Shown one piece after another: positions 28,809 through 38,272 of a DNA stretch of 64,000 nucleotides. Both the position numbers and the translations under genes were made by a program. The DNA comes from Candidatus Moraniibacteriota bacterium. Its GTDB lineage: Bacteria > Patescibacteriota > Minisyncoccia > Moranbacterales > UBA1568. The stretch is from NCBI GenBank assembly GCA_028711705.1, contig JAQTRS010000002.1, forward strand, positions 9,617-73,616. Reading direction: 5' to 3'. The notes beneath the pieces were generated by a model. That model searched no databases. It was not told where the DNA came from and saw only the letters and a list, made by a program, of their open reading frames with translations. Within the stretch, counting starts at the first letter, position 1; the number at the start of each line of letters is the position of its first letter.

Positions 28809-29528
28809 TTAGACGACTTTTCGGCGTGGCGCGGGCGGCGGCATAGGCTGCCTTGTCTTTGGCTGCGGCGGGACGCTCGCTTTGGCCATCGGCACATACC
28901 GCGGCATACTCATCGCATCCGACATCATGATTCTGCCGATAGGCGGATGCTCCCATTTTTTCTGCGGCGGAAAATCATGGGCGGGGCGCACTCCGGATAC
29001 GGGCCCATTCTGCCGGACGATTTTTCTTTTTTTTAGTATCTTGTATATATTGATCGATTCATCACAAATAATGAACATCATCGGGATAATAATAAGCAGG
29101 ATAAAGCCGGGCTTGCTCTTGGAAAAATGTACGGGATAACCGGCGTACGGAAGGATATACGCCACCTTGCCGACGATGTCGGACTGTTTCACGTCATCCT
29201 CATCCATAAGCTCATTGGCATCGCCTTTGGTATGATAGATGATTGCATCATCTTGCTGGAACTTCCCTATGATCCTGTGCGTCACGGTCACGCTTTCGTC
29301 TCCCACTCGGCGCGTCACCACATCCCCTACCCAATACTCCTGCATCGGCCTCGTCACGATGAAGCTCCCTGTCTTGATCGCCGGCTCCATCGACCCGGAC
29401 AAAACCGTAAACGTGAAGATGTTCGCTTTGTGCGAAAAGATCGAGACACCGACAATAAACATGACCACGAGCGCAAGCGTCGCTGTGCCATACCAGATGA
29501 AATTGATTATGGAGCGTATGACAGCCAT
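28809..29528 (-). CDS. SipW-type (archaeal/eukaryotic-like) type I signal peptidase with a Pro-rich basic C-terminal tail
   Basis: The catalytic motif LSGSMEP (identical to the Bacillus SipW SGSMEP) and an N-terminal transmembrane segment. Confidence 0.7.
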   Translation of the reverse strand: MAVIRSIINFIWYGTATLALVVMFIVGVSIFSHKANIFTFTVLSGSMEPAIKTGSFIVTRPMQEYWVGDVVTRRVGDESVTVTHRIIGKFQQDDAIIYHTKGDANELMDEDDVKQSDIVGKVAYILPYAGYPVHFSKSKPGFILLIIIPMMFIICDESINIYKILKKRKIVRQNGPVSGVRPAHDFPPQKKWEHPPIGRIMMSDAMSMPRYVPMAKASVPPQPKTRQPMPPPAPRRKVV

Positions 29529-29603
29529 AGGAAATGACCGGTGTTATGTTTTTGACCAGCCGCCCCTTTATCGTCAAAAGAGGCAGCAGAGAAAACCACA
29601 ATA

Positions 29604-30197
29604 CTAGAAACCGGTATCCACGCTCGCTGGCCATGTCGGAGCCGTTGCCTGCTTGGTCTGAACCGCGAGAATGGCATCGAATGTCTTGCCCTGATACTTG
29701 TCTCCTGCAGCCTCATCCAGCTTCACCGTCAAACGAAATTGGGCCTTATCTCCCGCAGCGATAGTATAAAGAGCGGCATCGGTACCGGTTGGAGAATAGT
29801 AAAATACACCCGTGATACCGGATGGACTGTTGACTAACACTTCCCACGCGCTGCCATTCCACCGCTCAACCTGGGTCACTTTGATCAAGTTCGGATCCGG
29901 TGATGGGATACTGATATCCCACGTGCCGGTTGCCAAACCGCGGAGATTCACCGGGATATTGGCAGTGCCTCCGTTTTGCACATCGAAATTGACTAATGTC
30001 GTTCCGCCGGGAACCATACCCGTTACATGAAACGAAAGCGGATCAGGAGTGTTCTGATTCAACAGATCGACCGAAAGCGTTCCTGCCGAAAGTGTTCCTC
30101 CAGCCGTATCCGACGCGCTGAAATACGAATACGTGCCCCCTCCGATAACCGCGGCCGCGGCCGCGACCATAAACAGACTTCGTAGAATTCCTAACAT
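29604..30197 (-). CDS. TasA/camelysin (peptidase M73, SipW-cognate signal peptide class) family secreted fibre protein
   Basis: The N terminus AAAVIGGGTYSYFSASD…GTLSVDL matches the TasA signature GGGTWAAFND…GTLDL. Confidence 0.7.
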   Translation of the reverse strand: MLGILRSLFMVAAAAAVIGGGTYSYFSASDTAGGTLSAGTLSVDLLNQNTPDPLSFHVTGMVPGGTTLVNFDVQNGGTANIPVNLRGLATGTWDISIPSPDPNLIKVTQVERWNGSAWEVLVNSPSGITGVFYYSPTGTDAALYTIAAGDKAQFRLTVKLDEAAGDKYQGKTFDAILAVQTKQATAPTWPASVDTGF

Positions 30198-30337
30198 ATG
30201 TTTGTATTTAACGATTTATTCTTTGTATTGCTTTTGTTCCTTCGCTGCCGCATCGACCCTTGAGGCAACCTTTCCTGATCTCTTGTCCTGCGCTGTATCC
30301 CCATCAACCGTACCGCAGTATCCTGCGTATCATCGAT

Positions 30338-30393
30338 AGAAAAACAGACCCATCGGAAAGACGACCGTCGTCATCGTGATGAGTCTGTTTTCA
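30338..30393. terminator. Bidirectional structured terminator (AAAAACAGAC…GTCTGTTTTC) that separates the tasA-like operon from upstream genes
   Basis: A 7-bp outer stem with internal palindromes, flanked by A and T tracts. Confidence 0.45.
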
Positions 30394-30604
30394 TATTCTC
30401 CTTGCAGATACCCCACAGCAATATTTTTTGTTTTTTTGCCATGATCCGAACATTTTAGCGCCCCATACCCGTATTATATGCACGTGCCACACGTTGTCAA
30501 ACGCACTGGAATAACCAAGCGCACTTCCAAATATATCGACACTCCTATTGTACACCACGGGGAATAAAATATTTCTAAAATTATTCTAAATCTACGATAT
30601 GGAT

Positions 30605-31381
30605 CTATCTCCCCAAGATCAAGCTATTCCAGAGCTTGGCAACGCGAAACGACGGCCGGGTGGCGTCATCGCCCTTATTCTTGGATATAACCTCCAACCC
30701 CTCTCCATCGATAAAGGCCGCGCCTTCATTGGCATCGCTGAACCGGAACTTCACCTCATACCGGCTCTCCTCGGAATTCGTTGCCGGCTGCACACGGCCG
30801 ACACCCTCGAATGAAATCTTGTATATCTGCTCGAAGCGCGGGCTATACACGTCCAGATCTTTGCTCTTCTGTATCTCCGCATATTGGCTTTGATTGACCG
30901 TACCGGTAATCTTGACATTGCTGTCCGCGAACAACACGATAACCGGAGAATCCATCGTCAGATAGCTCCCTTCCACCGAATGGATCTGATATACCACGCC
31001 GTCTCGCGGCGCCTTTATCTCATAATCCGCCGCTTTCGATTCGAGCAAGGCGAGTTCCGTTCTGGCAGAAAGATTCTCTTCCGCAAGCGATTGTAGGGAA
31101 CTGATTCTCTGTCCCAGACTGTCATCCGCCAACCGCACCAGCAGATCCCCCTTCTTGACATGCTGGCCGGTACTGACCGCCACCTCGATCACTCTCCCCG
31201 TCACCGAGTTGGAGATCACAACCCTTTCTTTCTCTATCGAGAAAAACAAAGGCTGCTTGGTCATCTCATACGTATTCACTTTCCGCGCCAATGCCTGCGT
31301 CGCGATACCCAGCGATACGATGAGCACGACGGTAAAATAAAGTCCGTTGATAAGAAATTGTTTTGTGTTTTCGAATCGCAT
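30605..31381 (-). CDS. HlyD-family membrane-fusion-like protein (short, 258 aa)
   Basis: An N-terminal transmembrane segment and a biotin-lipoyl-like hairpin (VKKGDLLVRL…KAPRDGVV). Confidence 0.55.
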   Translation of the reverse strand: MRFENTKQFLINGLYFTVVLIVSLGIATQALARKVNTYEMTKQPLFFSIEKERVVISNSVTGRVIEVAVSTGQHVKKGDLLVRLADDSLGQRISSLQSLAEENLSARTELALLESKAADYEIKAPRDGVVYQIHSVEGSYLTMDSPVIVLFADSNVKITGTVNQSQYAEIQKSKDLDVYSPRFEQIYKISFEGVGRVQPATNSEESRYEVKFRFSDANEGAAFIDGEGLEVISKNKGDDATRPSFRVAKLWNSLILGR

Positions 31382-31400
31382 AATAGTATCGATAGGTTAT

Positions 31401-32930
31401 TTAATTATCCAACTGAACAGTGGCTCTCGACAACCTCTTCTCCCCTGTCAAAAACAGGTACAAAAGATAGGTGTTGAGAACGACCCATATGGTATTAAAC
31501 AGCGTCGTCCAGAAGTTTTTCGGCTCATACCATCCCACAGCAAGGCTCAATATCCCGAGCATAATGAGGAGCACATGCGGCCACACCCACTTCATGAACG
31601 CGTCTTTCTGAATTTTCTTCGAGGTGGTGGCCACCCATTCTTGCTCCGTTTCGAAGACCACCGAAAAGAGCGCGAGTATATACGGATAGAAGCTGGCCAC
31701 CGCCGTGGAAAGCGTCGCCAAATACAGGCGCCCGAGAAAAAGCCAGGAAAGCATGTAGTAGAGGACGAAATACGGCACGTAGTGAAGGGCCCATACCAAA
31801 CCTTCGTCCGTATTGAGCGGCTTGATGCCGAAGAGCAGGTACAGGATGGGAAACAGCAGGTATGCCAGAATGGAAATGCCCACCAGAAAATACGTATTGG
31901 AAACGAAATACTGAAGACGCTGATCGAGATTGAGCTTCTTCGAGCGCAACGGATTGGTGGTCAAGAGCATATCCAAGCCCCCTTTCGCCCAGCGCCGTTG
32001 CTGCTTGAAGTACGAGATGACGGTTGCCGGAGCCTCACCGACCGCCAACACCTCGTTGACAAACAAGGTGTGCCAGCCCTTCTCGTGCAGAAGGTATGAG
32101 GTCCAAATATCCTCCGAGTTGTTCTGTGCGATGCCACCGATCTCATCGATAGCCGCCCGACGGAAAATCATATTGGTTCCGACGCAGAAGGCTGAATTGG
32201 AAATGTTTTTCGCCGGGCAGACATATTTATAGAACACTTCCTGGGCCTGGGATGTCCCGGCGGCGATGAAGGAATGCGTGTTGGCGAAGTACTGCGGCGA
32301 CTGCACCATCGCCAGTTTCTTATTGTGCATATAGGGCAAGAGTTTGATAATAAAATCCTGTTTGGGCACCTGATCCGCATCGAAAATAGCGAAAAATTCG
32401 CCCTTGCCGTACCGAAGACCGCTGTTCACATTGCCCGCCTTGGCATGCGAGCGGTCCCTTCGTGAAACATACGCCGCACCGAGATTGGCAGCCAAAGCCT
32501 TCACTTCGAGGGATTGCCCATCATCGAGCACGAATGTTATGTGCGGATACTTCATACCTACCGCCGCGGTCACGGTTTTTCGGATAATATCGATCGGCTC
32601 GCCGGCCGTCGTGATAAACACATCGATGCTCGGCATATGCTCGGTCAGGAAAGCATTCGGGGCGACACGATGGCTGCGATGATGACTCTCGACGACCACA
32701 TCCAAAAGTACCGTCACCCACAGGCCAAGCAGTGCCAAAATGGAAATAGCATCGGCAATCACCTGAATGCAGTACAGCAAGATATTATCGGCATTGGCGG
32801 GATTGAACACGAAAGATCCGTATAGGAGAATCACGAGCGGCGCAGCAAGAAGGAAGAGCGTCGTGGTGCTCAACACTTTGGAGGATGCGATATGTTTCTC
32901 GGTAAAGAGATGTTTCAAATGCATGCTCAT
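31401..32930 (-). CDS. Cellulose-synthase-like processive GT2 (BcsA/CrdS type) without a PilZ domain
   Basis: HAKAGNVN, FDADQVP and QQRRW, plus multiple transmembrane segments; 509 aa, similar in size to curdlan synthase. Confidence 0.8.
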   Translation of the reverse strand: MSMHLKHLFTEKHIASSKVLSTTTLFLLAAPLVILLYGSFVFNPANADNILLYCIQVIADAISILALLGLWVTVLLDVVVESHHRSHRVAPNAFLTEHMPSIDVFITTAGEPIDIIRKTVTAAVGMKYPHITFVLDDGQSLEVKALAANLGAAYVSRRDRSHAKAGNVNSGLRYGKGEFFAIFDADQVPKQDFIIKLLPYMHNKKLAMVQSPQYFANTHSFIAAGTSQAQEVFYKYVCPAKNISNSAFCVGTNMIFRRAAIDEIGGIAQNNSEDIWTSYLLHEKGWHTLFVNEVLAVGEAPATVISYFKQQRRWAKGGLDMLLTTNPLRSKKLNLDQRLQYFVSNTYFLVGISILAYLLFPILYLLFGIKPLNTDEGLVWALHYVPYFVLYYMLSWLFLGRLYLATLSTAVASFYPYILALFSVVFETEQEWVATTSKKIQKDAFMKWVWPHVLLIMLGILSLAVGWYEPKNFWTTLFNTIWVVLNTYLLYLFLTGEKRLSRATVQLDN

Positions 32931-32934
32931 AAAA

Positions 32935-34989
32935 TTATCGTGAAGATACGACGGATTCCCTCCCCAACCTGCCAGACAACCAAGTGCCCATGGTTGTCAG
33001 CAAGACCATGCCTATGCCAAGACCCTGCACCGGCCAGTGCCACCACGGCCAATTGTTTTCCAAGCCGATTTCCGAGGGTCTCATATCATCCGGAAGTATC
33101 AGGTGCATGAAGCGCAGATTGGTCGGTTCGATACGGACATCGCGCGCATTGCTCACGGCCCAGTTCTGATCATAGCTCTGCGCGACGAGCATGTCGGGAT
33201 TGCGAAATGACGCCAGCTCCGAACTTTCCACCGTAAGCTTGTCGGGCCACCCGAAAGCAAGCGGAAGGGGTTTCAGGCTGCCATCGCGAATGAGCTTGGC
33301 CATCTGGCTGATCTCATCGTCCCACGGAATATATGAAGTGGCCTGAAGTGTCGGCTTGGGCAGATTATCGAAGCGCAGCAGTTGTTTTTCGTCATCCTTT
33401 TCGAACGCATACGCATAGGCTATCGGCTGCTTATTGTGCAAAACGGCATAAGCATCCGATGCGGTCACCTCGTCCACTTTTTCAAACATGGCAGGAGAAG
33501 ATTCCCTATCCACGGTCAATCCATCCACAAGCGGAGAAAGTTTCGGGATAAAGATATACTCTACTCCTAAAACCAACGAATAATCGTTGATGATCTCTAT
33601 CTGATGCTCCGTTACACCCGTATACGAGATATCTGTCTTCATGAGGCCATCGAAACGCATAGGATACGGATTGGGCAATAGATGCTGATTGTATGATGTT
33701 ATGAAACGCAATCCAGGTTTTCCTAGGTGACTCGCCTCAGCAACGTCCTTAACATAAATACTTCCCTGCGGAATATCTTTATCGGAAAAATATATCACCG
33801 CCGGATTTTGGATGGATTGCACGGGCTGCCCGGAGTACTGCGATGCGATTTCGATTGATTGAGCTATGCTTACGACAATGACCACGAGAAACACCGTGTA
33901 CAGCATACGGGATCTGACGTAAGGAAACGTGGTTTGTAAAAATGCAGCGAAACAAAAAGCTGATAATAGTGCTATAAAGGGTATCGCTCGAGAAAACTGG
34001 AATTTATTCACAAAGCTCGGATAATATCCCAACAATCCGAAATAAATGAACACAAGATAAAAAGTGCAGTAAATCAGAAGGATTTTTGCCCACCGAGGGG
34101 ACTCGTTTGACTTAAAAATAAGCACTGCCCAACTCAGACTGAGAAAAATGAAATACAAAAGACTCAGGCCGAAGTATTCGGGAGCAAGCAACATCCTCAT
34201 AAACTGAGGGGTAACATAAAACGGGTTACTGAATCCGTACCCTGAAAAAAAGTACTGGATGGTAAACGGCATCGAGCTCACCAAAAAAATGGTCATCGCC
34301 AACATGAAGGCCCAGATATCCTTTTTGAGATTATTCGCGAGCACAAGCACGAAGAACATGCCCGACGCGCTATATCCTATCACAGGATGCACCGACCACA
34401 ATGCCCCTGTCACAGCAGCCAGCGCATAGATATATCGCATATTCTTGAGAGCCGCAATCCAGAGCAGCGTGTAAAAGGGTACGACAATAAATCCGATGTA
34501 TATGGAATATTCTTTCAAAGCGGTCCACTGTTGAGATGTCGCATAGGAGACAATAGTTGTAAAGAAACTGAATAAACGATTTATTCCCAGATATCGGAGC
34601 ACCAGATACATGCTTATCCGGATGCCAATAAACACGCTGATCGATACCCACATCATTGCGTGCGTGATGGAAATCCCGGTCCATCGAGTCACATAAAACG
34701 TGAGGATGTGCTCGATATACTGGAACGCCCGCCAATGATTGACGCCATTGCCCCATACATGATCCCATGAGGCGATGCCGTACTGTGCGATATCCCTGAT
34801 ACGGAAGGCATGGTAGATCCAATCCTGATATCCCGTCGCCAAAAATTCATAACTCGCATAATACCCGATAAGGAACCATCCGACAGCAACGATGCATGCC
34901 ACAAGGAGTATCTCGATCAGCATCGACTGGAGCCATGGCGTTTTTGTTGGCGGCGTATTTTCACGCCCCGATGGCAGTTCCATATTCAT
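32935..34989 (-). CDS. Large polytopic membrane protein (about 12 transmembrane segments plus a C-terminal extracytoplasmic domain). Putative GT-C-like glycosyltransferase or polysaccharide export/polymerisation component
   Basis: The hydrophobicity pattern only. Confidence 0.5.
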   Translation of the reverse strand: MNMELPSGRENTPPTKTPWLQSMLIEILLVACIVAVGWFLIGYYASYEFLATGYQDWIYHAFRIRDIAQYGIASWDHVWGNGVNHWRAFQYIEHILTFYVTRWTGISITHAMMWVSISVFIGIRISMYLVLRYLGINRLFSFFTTIVSYATSQQWTALKEYSIYIGFIVVPFYTLLWIAALKNMRYIYALAAVTGALWSVHPVIGYSASGMFFVLVLANNLKKDIWAFMLAMTIFLVSSMPFTIQYFFSGYGFSNPFYVTPQFMRMLLAPEYFGLSLLYFIFLSLSWAVLIFKSNESPRWAKILLIYCTFYLVFIYFGLLGYYPSFVNKFQFSRAIPFIALLSAFCFAAFLQTTFPYVRSRMLYTVFLVVIVVSIAQSIEIASQYSGQPVQSIQNPAVIYFSDKDIPQGSIYVKDVAEASHLGKPGLRFITSYNQHLLPNPYPMRFDGLMKTDISYTGVTEHQIEIINDYSLVLGVEYIFIPKLSPLVDGLTVDRESSPAMFEKVDEVTASDAYAVLHNKQPIAYAYAFEKDDEKQLLRFDNLPKPTLQATSYIPWDDEISQMAKLIRDGSLKPLPLAFGWPDKLTVESSELASFRNPDMLVAQSYDQNWAVSNARDVRIEPTNLRFMHLILPDDMRPSEIGLENNWPWWHWPVQGLGIGMVLLTTMGTWLSGRLGRESVVSSR

Positions 34990-35004
34990 AGTATCTTAAT
35001 CTTT

Positions 35005-37086
35005 TTATTTTTTCGATGTCATCAGCCACGCTTCCATGAAGCTCTTCGAATTGGCGCCGTCTATATCCTCCGGCTTCAGGGACTGTATTTGCCGTCGCGC
35101 TCCGTCGCTATCATAGAACGCGCTGTACATGGCTAGGTAATCTTTGAACATCGTCGGATTTCGAAACTCCGGTTCCGAAAGCATATTTTCCTGCACCCTC
35201 TTCGTGTCTTGACCCAAGTATAAGCTTCCCGGGCTTATCGGGAGCAGCTGGATGCCGAGTCTGGCTTCGGGACGAGCGTTGAACCAGGTCGCCGCATCGA
35301 GCTTGCCGCCCCATACCAACGAGATGAACGAATGCTTGAAATTAGCGAACCGGGCATCACTTCGATCGATATTGAGCCAATCCCTGATCGCGCTCGCCGA
35401 CTCCTCGGAATACAGGTAGCGAGCCATCTCCTCAAGTTTCTTGTTTCCTATCGCATCGCTCCACAGATACAATGCATACCAGGCATTGACCGCTTCCGAG
35501 CTCGACTCCTGGTTATTGCCGTCCGCGAACAGGCCCTGCCCGGAGGCGAAGCTATGGCCTTCATAGGCATCGAATCCACGAAGGTAGGGGAATGCCGTGT
35601 CCTTCCGATCCGTATTGGCGATATCTTGCACGAGAAGATTGATGAAACGCTCGTTGTCGGCAAGATATTCCTTGTCATACCGGGCAAGGACGCTGGCCGC
35701 ATAGATGAAATATCCGTAATGGAAATGGTGATCATTGAACAGTTCCGACCCGAAGCTGGCCGTCTCACCGACGATACCCTTGACCAAAGAATCGTAGTAG
35801 AAGTATTTTTTCTTCGATTCCTTCGCCAGCGTATTGCTTCGCCACAGTTCAAGCTCGGATCGAATCTTCATCCGCAACACCGCGCTTTCGGAATCCATAT
35901 CAAGCTGCTCCGCGATATCCAAGATATTCGCCAAGGCGAACAATTTTTTCCCGAGGAAATACGTGTCTTCTTCCGTTATGGAAATGTTTGACACATCATC
36001 CCTGACAAGGCTGCGAAGCCGCTCCTGCTCGGCGCTCGACAAGGAGCTCACTGGGAGCTGCAACAAAAGGTCGGGCATATCCCGGGAAAATCCGAAGGAC
36101 TTGCCCTGATACAGAGTCTGCTCGCCCCGCAGCGTCTGATACTTCCCTATCGGTTGGAGATGTTTCATATCCGCATCAAAGGCGAGGGTGCTCTTGGGGA
36201 GCAAGGCGAAGAGGGTTTCGGCATTGTTTTGCGTGGTGATTGCAAAGCGACTCTTCATGGCCTTACCGTCCGCATCAAAGCTTGCCTCGGTCGAAACTAT
36301 CGGATCGAAAGCGTATTTTTTGAATACATCAAGACTCTTGCTATCAGGTAACACGGCAATAGAAAAGCGCGCACCACGGTCGGAAACGAAAACGTCTATC
36401 CCTCTTTTGTCCTGTTCGGCTGTCATTACCTCATTACGGGAAAAGAAGAGGGCGAAGAATTTCCCGTGCACGGTGAAGAGCACGAAGTTGTCTCCCTTTT
36501 CCACGAGAGAAAAATCGTCCGCGAGAATTCGGAACGATTTTTTCGGCAAGACAGAAGCGAACACATAGGGTGATCCGTGCGTGAGGCGGATTTCCGAAAC
36601 GGTTTCGTCCTTGCTTTTCTGGGAGATGGCGACAGACAGGTCGTCATGGGACGCGATAAGCGCATCCATATTGTTTTTCTCGAAGGAAACCCGCAAATCG
36701 GGATTATATGACGCGAAAACGGTGTCGGCAGTCGAAACAACTTTCGGATACGACACCCCGAACCCATCGCCATTCATCTTCACCGCCAAAGGATACACGA
36801 ATAACGGCTCGGAAGTCTGCGCAAACGCCACCGAGCTATACCATTGATTCGTCGGTACCGGCAGGTCTGGACGGGCAGTGAATATCCTGTTCCTGATAAC
36901 CGTCTTGTGCTTCAGGTTGTCTATATCTTCATACACCAACTTCGACGCAGCATCGGATTGCGTCCGCAAGGACTGGGTATCGACAGAAAGACTCCCTGCA
37001 GGTTCGACGATGAATTTAATCGCGCCAAAAACAAGCAATCCGAAAATCAAAAACATACCGATTATGAGCGTACGTTGTCGAACCAT
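35005..37086 (-). CDS. Membrane-anchored GH81 endo-beta-1,3-glucanase
   Basis: GH81 signature NDHHFHYGYF and the catalytic E-x3-E pair (QESSSEA) within a conserved WYALYLW context. The start was chosen at the internal Met MVRQRTL (37086); the ORF-track start appears to be non-ATG. Confidence 0.65.
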   Translation of the reverse strand: MVRQRTLIIGMFLIFGLLVFGAIKFIVEPAGSLSVDTQSLRTQSDAASKLVYEDIDNLKHKTVIRNRIFTARPDLPVPTNQWYSSVAFAQTSEPLFVYPLAVKMNGDGFGVSYPKVVSTADTVFASYNPDLRVSFEKNNMDALIASHDDLSVAISQKSKDETVSEIRLTHGSPYVFASVLPKKSFRILADDFSLVEKGDNFVLFTVHGKFFALFFSRNEVMTAEQDKRGIDVFVSDRGARFSIAVLPDSKSLDVFKKYAFDPIVSTEASFDADGKAMKSRFAITTQNNAETLFALLPKSTLAFDADMKHLQPIGKYQTLRGEQTLYQGKSFGFSRDMPDLLLQLPVSSLSSAEQERLRSLVRDDVSNISITEEDTYFLGKKLFALANILDIAEQLDMDSESAVLRMKIRSELELWRSNTLAKESKKKYFYYDSLVKGIVGETASFGSELFNDHHFHYGYFIYAASVLARYDKEYLADNERFINLLVQDIANTDRKDTAFPYLRGFDAYEGHSFASGQGLFADGNNQESSSEAVNAWYALYLWSDAIGNKKLEEMARYLYSEESASAIRDWLNIDRSDARFANFKHSFISLVWGGKLDAATWFNARPEARLGIQLLPISPGSLYLGQDTKRVQENMLSEPEFRNPTMFKDYLAMYSAFYDSDGARRQIQSLKPEDIDGANSKSFMEAWLMTSKK

Positions 37087-37299
37087 AAGCGAAATAATCT
37101 GACTTAAAGTACCGTGACAGTCACTATCTATGATGATGAAAAAATACCGAAACCGACACAAGCGCTACCCTTCAGCTTTCCATATGCCTCAAAAAATGAT
37201 CCACATCTAAAATCTACGCAACATGGGTACAATAAAATCCCACTTTCTGAAAAGTGGGATTTGTATCGCTTCTGCAAAGGTTTTATGACCATCATCCTG

Positions 37300-38193
37300 C
37301 TACTTTCCCACCCCGCATACTTTTTGGATATTGCCACCGCTATTGCCTCCCTCGAAGCTGTTCCCGGCGAAATGGATGGAGTTCGAAAAGAATCCTGCCG
37401 GCTTTTTGCCGCCGCTCGGCGAACCGCAGGAAACGCCGAATTTCTTGTTCGATGCGAGGGTGTTCCCAGAAACTGTAACGTTTCCGCTTTTGGATGTCTT
37501 GGGATAGGATTGCAACGAAAGTCCACTGGCCGTATTGCCAACGAGAGTGTTGCGGGAGACTGAGAGTGAGGATCCGTTGACGACGATTTCCAGACCGCTT
37601 TCCTTATTGTTGGAAATGCGGTTATTCGCGATGGTGCCCGACACATTGTTACGGATATCGATCCCCTCTTCTTTGTTATTAGTGATGTCATTGTTGGTGA
37701 TCGCCAAACTTTTCCCGGGATGGATATACATTCCCTTCCGGTTCTTGGTGATGCGCGAATCCTTGATGGTGAGCGTGCCCCCGCCGGACTGCGTCATGAT
37801 ACCTGCATCGGAAGCGCCCTTGATCGTCACATTGATAAGTGTGACGCTCGCCCCCCTGGTAACGCTTATGCCAACCACCTTGGCATCGACCGTCACATTG
37901 CGAAGCGTCGATCCGTTTTCCATCCTTACGTCGCCGTTGATGACCGCTTTAGAATTATCCCCCGTCACCGACACGTTTTTCCGTATCCGTATATCTCCTG
38001 AAGATGCATTCGCGAAATGGATGTCCTTTTTCCCTGACTTGAGCTGCTTTTCAAGACCGCTCGCTGCGGCATAGGCCGGCGAAACGCCCTGGAAACAGAA
38101 GGCAACCGAAAGCATCGCAAAAAGGATTGCGAGCTTGTACTGCATGAGGGAGGAGTATTTCATAGGTGTCGTATTATCGGATAATGGTTTCAT
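37300..38193 (-). CDS. Secreted right-handed parallel beta-helix repeat protein (PbH1/NosD-like)
   Basis: A signal peptide, then repeated N-x-(I/V)-x-x-N turns (ITNNDITNNKEEGIDIRNNVSGTIANNRISNN). Confidence 0.6.
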   Translation of the reverse strand: MKPLSDNTTPMKYSSLMQYKLAILFAMLSVAFCFQGVSPAYAAASGLEKQLKSGKKDIHFANASSGDIRIRKNVSVTGDNSKAVINGDVRMENGSTLRNVTVDAKVVGISVTRGASVTLINVTIKGASDAGIMTQSGGGTLTIKDSRITKNRKGMYIHPGKSLAITNNDITNNKEEGIDIRNNVSGTIANNRISNNKESGLEIVVNGSSLSVSRNTLVGNTASGLSLQSYPKTSKSGNVTVSGNTLASNKKFGVSCGSPSGGKKPAGFFSNSIHFAGNSFEGGNSGGNIQKVCGVGK

Positions 38194-38272
38194 TCGGTCT
38201 TTTTTCCTATGCTTTACGGTATACCACGTGCCGCGCCTTGGCAAGCGCCGCATCCATCGCACACCGCCCCCT

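Noticed and set aside
28144-28846. Overlapping track ORFs 28144-28608 (−, Met/Lys/Arg-rich) and 28385-28846 (+, extremely hydrophobic) in the low-complexity (CAT/GAT)n tract
   Set aside because: All three frames are open because of the repeat. I chose the D/E/H-rich minus frame because it starts 8 nt after the sipW stop with a signal-like N terminus, but this is not proven. The hydrophobic plus frame cannot be excluded without expression data.
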